Part shown: piece by piece, positions 33,016 to 39,497 of the stretch | Numbering within the stretch: the stretch's first letter is position 1 | Layout: every line of letters starts with the position of its first letter | Origin: Alloascoidea hylecoeti | Lineage: Eukaryota | Length of the DNA: 39,497 nt | Direction: 5' to 3' | NCBI GenBank assembly: GCA_001600815.1 | Contig: BCKZ01000039.1 | Span: forward strand, 67,420-106,916 | Program-made: the position numbers and the translations under genes | Notes under the pieces: generated by a model | The model's database searches: none | Told to the model about the DNA's origin: nothing | Seen by the model: only the letters and a program-made list of their open reading frames with translations

Positions 33016-35955
33016 CTACAATTCATCATGTGTTGGTGTTTTTGATTCAGTTGGTTTCTCTGAACTTTCTTCAAGAGGAGATTCTTCGGAAAGAGACTCT
33101 TTAGCATCTTCATATATTTCTTCAATATCTTCTGGATGTTCTTCAATATTCTCTTTATGCTCTTGTCCTTGTTCCTCCGCACTAGTACCATTCTTATTCT
33201 CCGCTTCCTGCTTTAATTTGGCTTCTTTTCGTCTTTTTTTGTCTAATTTAGTAGCAATTGAAAGTTTCTCTTTCAGAGTTTTAACAACTTCTGTAGTGTA
33301 TTCTTCGAGTTCTTCTCCTAACAAATTCATACTGTTTATATCATCTTCAGTTTGTTCTTGGAGAGTTTCACCCTCCTCTTTAGATAACGAATCAGAATTA
33401 TCTTTCAATGCTCTTCTTAAATCTTCCATATTAGCAGATATATTTAAAAACACTTGCATACCTTTAGAAGATTCAATAGGAGATTTCATACCTTCAATTT
33501 CAGCTTCTTTTTCAACATCTTTAATATCTAAACCTAATTTTTTAAATTTTTTTTCTAATCTTGAATAATCATCAGAAGATTTTTTAATAATTCTTTGAAG
33601 TTTAAAATAATCTTTTTCCATTGTTTCATATAATTTTTTTAAATAAGCAGTATCTGCTTTATAAATTGAATGAATTTTTGATCTTAAAAGTTTCATTTCA
33701 TCAAATTTTTCATTAATTTCTTTTAATGATGATCCATCACTCTCATAATCAAGCCATTCTAATGTTCCACTAACATTTTCAGTTGTTTGTTCTAATATAT
33801 CAGATGGTACATTTATTTCAACTTCTTCAGATGACAAATAACTTCTAAAACCATATAAATAACTTTCTAAACTATTTTTAGTACTTTCAATCAAATGTCT
33901 TTCATTATCTTTTCTTGTTAATTCTCTTAACCTAGACTTTGATTTTTGTTTAGTTGTAGCATCCATTGGTTTAATTCCAATATGTTTATTTTTAGTTTGA
34001 ATAATTGACCTTAAAATAGATTTTGTTGGTTTAGGTGCTGAAGGTGAACTAGAAGTTGAATTTGTATTTGATGATGTTTCATTTTTAGTAGTAGTAGTAT
34101 CAGTGACAATTGGTTCTTCAACAAGAATATCATCATCTTCATCAGTTTTCTTCTTCTTTAATATATCAAAAATCCCTCTTTTAGTTTCTGGTCTTGGACA
34201 TCTAGCTTCAATATTTTCTAATGTAAAGAATTTATTTTTATCAAGTTTAAATTTTGCTTCATAAGATAAACCAGAATTAATACAAGCAGTTGAATTTAAA
34301 TCAATTCTACCTAAACTATAAATTAATCCACTTGATTCATATTGAATAAATTTTTTATCATTTTCATATAAAGAAATAGTAAAATCATCATCATTTTTAT
34401 TTGTATTATTAAATAATTCAGTTAAATTAATTGATTTAATAGAATCTAATAAATCACCTTTTTGAAAAATATTAATTTTATTTTTTGATTCACAAATTTC
34501 TCTATCATTCTCATTTTTAATATTATTACAAATTTTATTATTCCAATAAGAAATATCATAATTCCATAAAGATCTTTCCAAAACTTTAATATTTTTTGCT
34601 TTAAACATTCCAGAAATTGAAACACCTCTAAAAGCAGCACCTAAAACAGAAGCTTCATCAGCATTAACATTTTTTGAAATTAATTCATCACCAACTAATA
34701 ATGATAATTGTTTTTGAACAAATGGAACACGAGTTGAACCACCAGTTAATATGATTGAATCTAATTGATTGATTTCAAATTTTTTAGTAATATTTGAATT
34801 TAATGGAATTAATGCATCAATTAATGGTTTATTAACTAAATCAATTAAATTTGATGATTTTTCTTCAAATTCATTTCTTGTAATTGATGTACGGAAATCA
34901 ATATCATCATATAATGATTCAATTGATGAATAAACTTCTTGATTTGCACTTAAAATAGTTTTGACACGTTCTGATTCTTTCCAAAGTTTTGAAAATGTTC
35001 GCTTATTATTAATTATATCATTTTCAGAATTTTTTGAATATTTTAATAAGAATTTATCCTTTATAATTTGAAATATATTATAGGTTAATAATTCACCATT
35101 TAATTCAGTATTATACCCAACACCTTCTATTTCAATTATTGTTATTGGATCACCTTTTTTCTCATCTTCTTCTTGCCTGAAAGAAACCAAGGTTGCTGTT
35201 GTTGAAGCAGCACCACTATCATAAATCAAATGATATTGTTTATCTTTTGAAAATTGCCTATTTGTTGCATAATTAACAGCAACGGCAACACCATCATCAA
35301 CTAAACCAATTAGAGATAACCCTGCGATTTCAGCAGAGTCTTTAATGGCATTTCTTTGAGAAATTGGAGCAAAAGGTGGAATAGTAATTGCAATATCTCT
35401 TATAGGATTAGTTCCAGTAGGTAATCTACCACCAGGTAATCGACTTTTCCATAAATCCAATGATCTTTCTTTTATTTCAGCTAAAGACATTGCAAATACT
35501 TCTTCAACTGCAAATATTGCACCATTTACATGTTTAAATGAAATTGTTGAACGATTATTCTTCGAATCAATTAAATTAACAAATGGATGAGTCTTTTTAT
35601 ATTGATCAATAATTTGATTGTCATTTAAATTTAATGGAGCACCTAATAATGGTTTATAATTGAATAAACATTGATCAGGAAATCTGATTGAAAAAGGTGC
35701 AGCAGCAGAACCATATAATCTTTCAACATTTGTTTCTGGATTTGAATTTTCATTTGAATTAGAATCAGAAGATGGTTTAAAAGCTATACCAGACAAATCT
35801 TTTCTTTTTGATTCTGCCGTTAAAACAAGTTCAAAATTAACTGCAGGAGCAACTAAAGCAGCTTTTGTATAATCTTGACCAAAATCAACACCTAATAATG
35901 CTCCACATGTTAAAACAATAAATGAAAATAATGATAATAATATTTTCTGATTCAT
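33016..35955 (-). CDS. LHS1: ER lumenal Hsp70-family nucleotide exchange factor Lhs1/Grp170
   Basis: Signal peptide, LGVDFG, ESKRKD, LTGGSTRVP, NVNADE, C-terminal HDEL; 979 aa. Confidence 0.95.
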   Translation of the reverse strand: MNQKILLSLFSFIVLTCGALLGVDFGQDYTKAALVAPAVNFELVLTAESKRKDLSGIAFKPSSDSNSNENSNPETNVERLYGSAAAPFSIRFPDQCLFNYKPLLGAPLNLNDNQIIDQYKKTHPFVNLIDSKNNRSTISFKHVNGAIFAVEEVFAMSLAEIKERSLDLWKSRLPGGRLPTGTNPIRDIAITIPPFAPISQRNAIKDSAEIAGLSLIGLVDDGVAVAVNYATNRQFSKDKQYHLIYDSGAASTTATLVSFRQEEDEKKGDPITIIEIEGVGYNTELNGELLTYNIFQIIKDKFLLKYSKNSENDIINNKRTFSKLWKESERVKTILSANQEVYSSIESLYDDIDFRTSITRNEFEEKSSNLIDLVNKPLIDALIPLNSNITKKFEINQLDSIILTGGSTRVPFVQKQLSLLVGDELISKNVNADEASVLGAAFRGVSISGMFKAKNIKVLERSLWNYDISYWNNKICNNIKNENDREICESKNKINIFQKGDLLDSIKSINLTELFNNTNKNDDDFTISLYENDKKFIQYESSGLIYSLGRIDLNSTACINSGLSYEAKFKLDKNKFFTLENIEARCPRPETKRGIFDILKKKKTDEDDDILVEEPIVTDTTTTKNETSSNTNSTSSSPSAPKPTKSILRSIIQTKNKHIGIKPMDATTKQKSKSRLRELTRKDNERHLIESTKNSLESYLYGFRSYLSSEEVEINVPSDILEQTTENVSGTLEWLDYESDGSSLKEINEKFDEMKLLRSKIHSIYKADTAYLKKLYETMEKDYFKLQRIIKKSSDDYSRLEKKFKKLGLDIKDVEKEAEIEGMKSPIESSKGMQVFLNISANMEDLRRALKDNSDSLSKEEGETLQEQTEDDINSMNLLGEELEEYTTEVVKTLKEKLSIATKLDKKRRKEAKLKQEAENKNGTSAEEQGQEHKENIEEHPEDIEEIYEDAKESLSEESPLEESSEKPTESKTPTHDEL

Positions 35956-36247
35956 TTTTGTGAAAATATATTAAAGATCAAAGATAAAAAAAAACACAAA
36001 ACAGATCAATTATTTTCGACCTCAAAAAACTTCAATTGCAAAAACCTCAAAATAAAAAACAAACTTGTGAAGTCTGAAAAAAAAGAGTATAAATAATAAA
36101 TATCATTTTATATGTTAACACTTTTTTACGTGGCATTCCTCGGTGCTCATATGTACGCTGGTGACTGTATGCTACAGAACATCTCAGCATGCATGTTTAT
36201 TTTTCTTTCTTTTTCACTTTTGTTTCTTCATCTTCAATTTATAGAAA

Positions 36248-38001
36248 ATGGAGAGAGCAGCGGACTTTTTAAAGGGAATGAGTCAGCAGACGCGTATGTA
36301 TTCAAATGGATGTTTGTAGATGCGCTGATTATACTAACTAGAACAGCTCTTCCACAACCAAATAGTGGTGGAATTGTATATCCGGACTGGAATGGTAAGG
36401 ATGGAAAAGGACGTGACGATAGGGATAGAGATAGGAACGACGATAGAGATAGAAATCGCGACCATACTGATAGAAGACGAGATAGAGATAGGGATCGAGA
36501 TAGAGATAGACCTGACAGAAGACGCGAACGTGATAGATATGACCGGGACAGAAGAGAAAACAGAGACCGGGATCGAGATAGAGATCGGAACAGAGATAGA
36601 TACAGAAGAGATCGACGAGACGACAGAGGTCACGACCGTGATAGATATAGAGAACGTGAACGAGAACGAGAAAGAGACGACCCAAGAGAAAGAAGAGATT
36701 CTAGGTCATCGCGCAGACGTCGTGAAAAAACTCCTGACCTTACTGACATAGTTCCAATTAACGAAAGAAAAAGAAGGATGAAATTATGGGACGTTAAACC
36801 AAAAGGTTATGAATTAGTTTCTGCTGAAAGGGCAAAATTATCAGGTTTGTTCCCACTACCAGGTTATCCACGACCCATTGATTATTCAAAATTAGAAGGT
36901 TTTGTTGAAGGTATAACGGCACGACCAGGACAAAATTCAAGATCAAATGCTAATGCAGAAGCATATCTTAAACTAAATAATTCAACAAATTCAAAAAGAG
37001 TTCTAATAACAGGTATAGATTTTGAAATCAATGCGCCAACATTAATCATTGATTATTTAAATAATTTCTTAGGTGATATTCCAATTGAACATGATTCAAA
37101 AGATAATATCTCTGAGACAGATCCGATTATTACTAATTTTCATCTTAGTTCAGATAAAAAAACATTTATTGTTGATTTTAAAAGTTATCAATATGCAACT
37201 ATTGTTGTTTCAATGGATACTTACAAAATTTCAGAAAATATTATAATGTTAGTCAAAAGACCAGAAGAATATGTTGTTTTAGATACGAGTTCAATAAAAG
37301 TTGTATCTGAATCTGAATCAAATGAAGTTTTAAAATCAGTTCATGATTCACCAAATAAAATATCAGTTTCTAACATTCCTATTTATTTAACAGAAGAACA
37401 GGTTTTAGAATTATTATCATCTTTCGGTAAGATTAAAGCATTTGAATTATTAAAAGATAAATTAGGTAATTCAAAAGGAATATCATTTTGTGAATTTTTT
37501 GACCCTGAAATAACTGAAATTGCTTGTCAAGGTTTAGATAAAATGGATTTAGCTGAGAATATTTTAATCGTCAGGAAAGTTTGTATTGGTGCAAAACAAA
37601 CCTTAGCAATGAATATATCTGAATTAAATAGTTTGGTAACTATTGCAAATGATACGGTAAAACATAAAGAAACTAACGTTTTACAATTATTAAATATGGT
37701 TACCCCAGATGAATTATTAGATGATGAAGAATACCAAGAAATTATTGAAGATGTTGAAGATGAATGTTTGAAATATGGGAATGTTTTAGGTGTTAAAGTA
37801 CCGAGACCACCTGCTAATACCCAGAGAGGTAGAATTGATATAACTAAATTACCTTCTGGTGTTGGGAAAATTTATGTTAAATTTGAAACTGTTGATTCTT
37901 GTAGAGCTGCTCATGATGCTTTAGCATCTAGAAAATTTGATGATAGAACAGTAATCACATCTTATTTTTCACAAGAAGGATATGATTTAGATGCTTTTTA
38001 A
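36248..38001 (+). CDS. MUD2: U2AF large subunit (U2AF65/Mud2); exons 36248-36293 and 36347-38001
   Basis: RD/RE/RS-rich N-terminus, KRR..LWDVKP ULM, two RRMs, and a C-terminal UHM (LQLLNMVT..EDVEDEC.KYG). Intron GTATGT..TACTAAC..CAG. Confidence 0.92.
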
Positions 38002-38943
38002 AATCAAATTTAATTAAACCATTATTAAATAATACTAACCGGTTAGTACCTCACTTTATATAAATTTTGGCATTTAATTGAAAATACCATAATGAAAACG
38101 AACATAGATTACATAAAAAATCAATATCAACTAAATTTTATAATCACTTTCATTATAATTATATAGAATCTTATATATAATCTAGTTGCATATGGCAAAC
38201 CCGGGTGAAAATACCCAAATTTTCCGGAATACGCTTAAAAATGCTACAAGGCTACAAGAATATAAAGGTGCGAAAAAACCGACTTTTTTATGCAGGCTTG
38301 TAGCGCCCCTTTGCGAATGGACATAATGTCCGATTTCCCATACAAAAATGGACATCTCCGTTCAAAGAAATAGGTTGTTAATTTCAATCATCTAGAGTAG
38401 ATAAAGATACAATAAGACAAGCATTAAATTTCTTACCAACTCAAAAAGAATTACAAAATAATAATAATAATGATTCTAAAATTTCGACTGAAAAAAATTT
38501 AAATTCAAATTCAAATTCAAAATTCAAATCAAAATCACAAGAAATTTTGTCATCTAAAAATTTAAGAACAATGAAATCAATAAATAATTTAAAAACTTAT
38601 GAACCATTATTAGAACCTCATCTAGCAGGTGTAACAAAAGTAATAGAATTGGATGGCGAAAAATTTATTAAACAAGAATTAGATGTCGATATTCAATATG
38701 TTGGTAGTATTTGGAATCTGATTCCTCTTGTTGGAGTGAATGTTATTGATGATGATGATAAAGGTGTTATTAAGAGGCAAAATAGTCCAAGATTATAAAT
38801 TAATTATAAGGAATTTATAATTTATAAATTAATAAGGAATTTATAATTTATAAATTGGAGATTGGAATTGTATTTGAAATTGGAAATTTATTGATTAATA
38901 TTCATGTTAGGATTATAAATTTAAAATAAATAGATCACTAACA

Positions 38944-39497
38944 TTATAACTCTCGTTTTCTTGATCTAAGCCTCTTAAATATGGGTTCATCAGAGATAGG
39001 TTCATCAGAGATAGGTTCATCAGAGATAGGTTCATCAGAGATAGGTTCATCAGAAATGGGTTCCACCGGTACATTAGTGATCCCAGAAATCTGAGAGATC
39101 ATTCCATTCAATTGTTCAACATCTTTACATCTAGGAGATTCTGACGTTTTATTTCTTGGGGAATTCAAATTGTTTAATTTACCGGAATAACTGAAACCAA
39201 AGTCATATAATATTATCTTATCACCATTAAATACCATATTCTCATCTCGGATATCTCCATGATGAATGCCAATCTCATGTAGCTTGTTCAAGATGTCCCA
39301 GGCTTTTTGCTGNATTTCAGGTTTCTTGAAATCGGGACGACATCCTTTGATGTGTTCAATTATCATAAATAATCCTGATGAGTATGGTTCTTTGTCCTTA
39401 CGTAGAGTTGCAAACCCGACGGCAAAAATTTTGGGAATATAATCTTGTAAATCATTTGCGATAATAGTTCTATACGCCTCAAGTTCGGCAATAAAGC
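38944..39497 (-). CDS. Atypical protein-kinase-like protein (5' part outside the window)
   Basis: Frame is open to the window edge: ELEAY..IPKIF..IIEHIKG..LHEIGIHHGDIRDENM..LYDFGFS. Confidence 0.8.
   Translation of the reverse strand, partial: FIAELEAYRTIIANDLQDYIPKIFAVGFATLRKDKEPYSSGLFMIIEHIKGCRPDFKKPEXQQKAWDILNKLHEIGIHHGDIRDENMVFNGDKIILYDFGFSYSGKLNNLNSPRNKTSESPRCKDVEQLNGMISQISGITNVPVEPISDEPISDEPISDEPISDEPISDEPIFKRLRSRKREL
38981..39063 (-). repeat. 15-bp coding minisatellite (EPISD), about 5.5 copies
   Basis: ataggttcatcagag repeated in tandem. Confidence 0.95.

Noticed and set aside
36112..36346. ORF-track N-terminus of U2AF65
   Set aside because: It reads through the promoter and intron; the spliced model from ATG 36248 fits better.
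36334..36751. Overlapping ORFs on the RD repeat
   Set aside because: Frame shadows of low-complexity coding sequence.
29647..38001. YJU2 and U2AF65 as a splicing gene cluster
   Set aside because: Separated by unrelated genes; chance proximity suffices.

Overview
AT-rich fungal genomic DNA, probably from an intron-containing budding yeast (GTATGT/TACTAAC introns, intron-containing tRNAs); the organism assignment is inference. Left part: a spliced, secreted Ser/Thr-rich repeat protein running off the window edge, a PhyH-like dioxygenase, an orphan secreted protein, tRNA-Lys(UUU), and a tandem SDR pair with one broken copy. The centre (about 13-26.7 kb) is a mobile-element cluster. It holds an apparently intact CMC (CACTA/EnSpm-type) transposase bracketed by an inverted repeat, poly(A)-tailed LINE-like relics, and a 7.3-kb Ty3/gypsy-like structure. 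That structure has an LTR, a PBS, degenerate gag/protease, a PPT, a fold-back mini-LTR and a matching 5-bp ACCCA on both sides. It ends 13 bp upstream of tRNA-Met and contains an antisense, mutated dynein heavy-chain fragment plus an orphan ORF, with no visible RT or integrase (a 675-nt N gap lies inside it). Right part: housekeeping genes BUB2, YJU2, ANR2/LCHN-like, LHS1 and U2AF65/MUD2, then a partial atypical kinase. All calls were made by eye; no searches were run.
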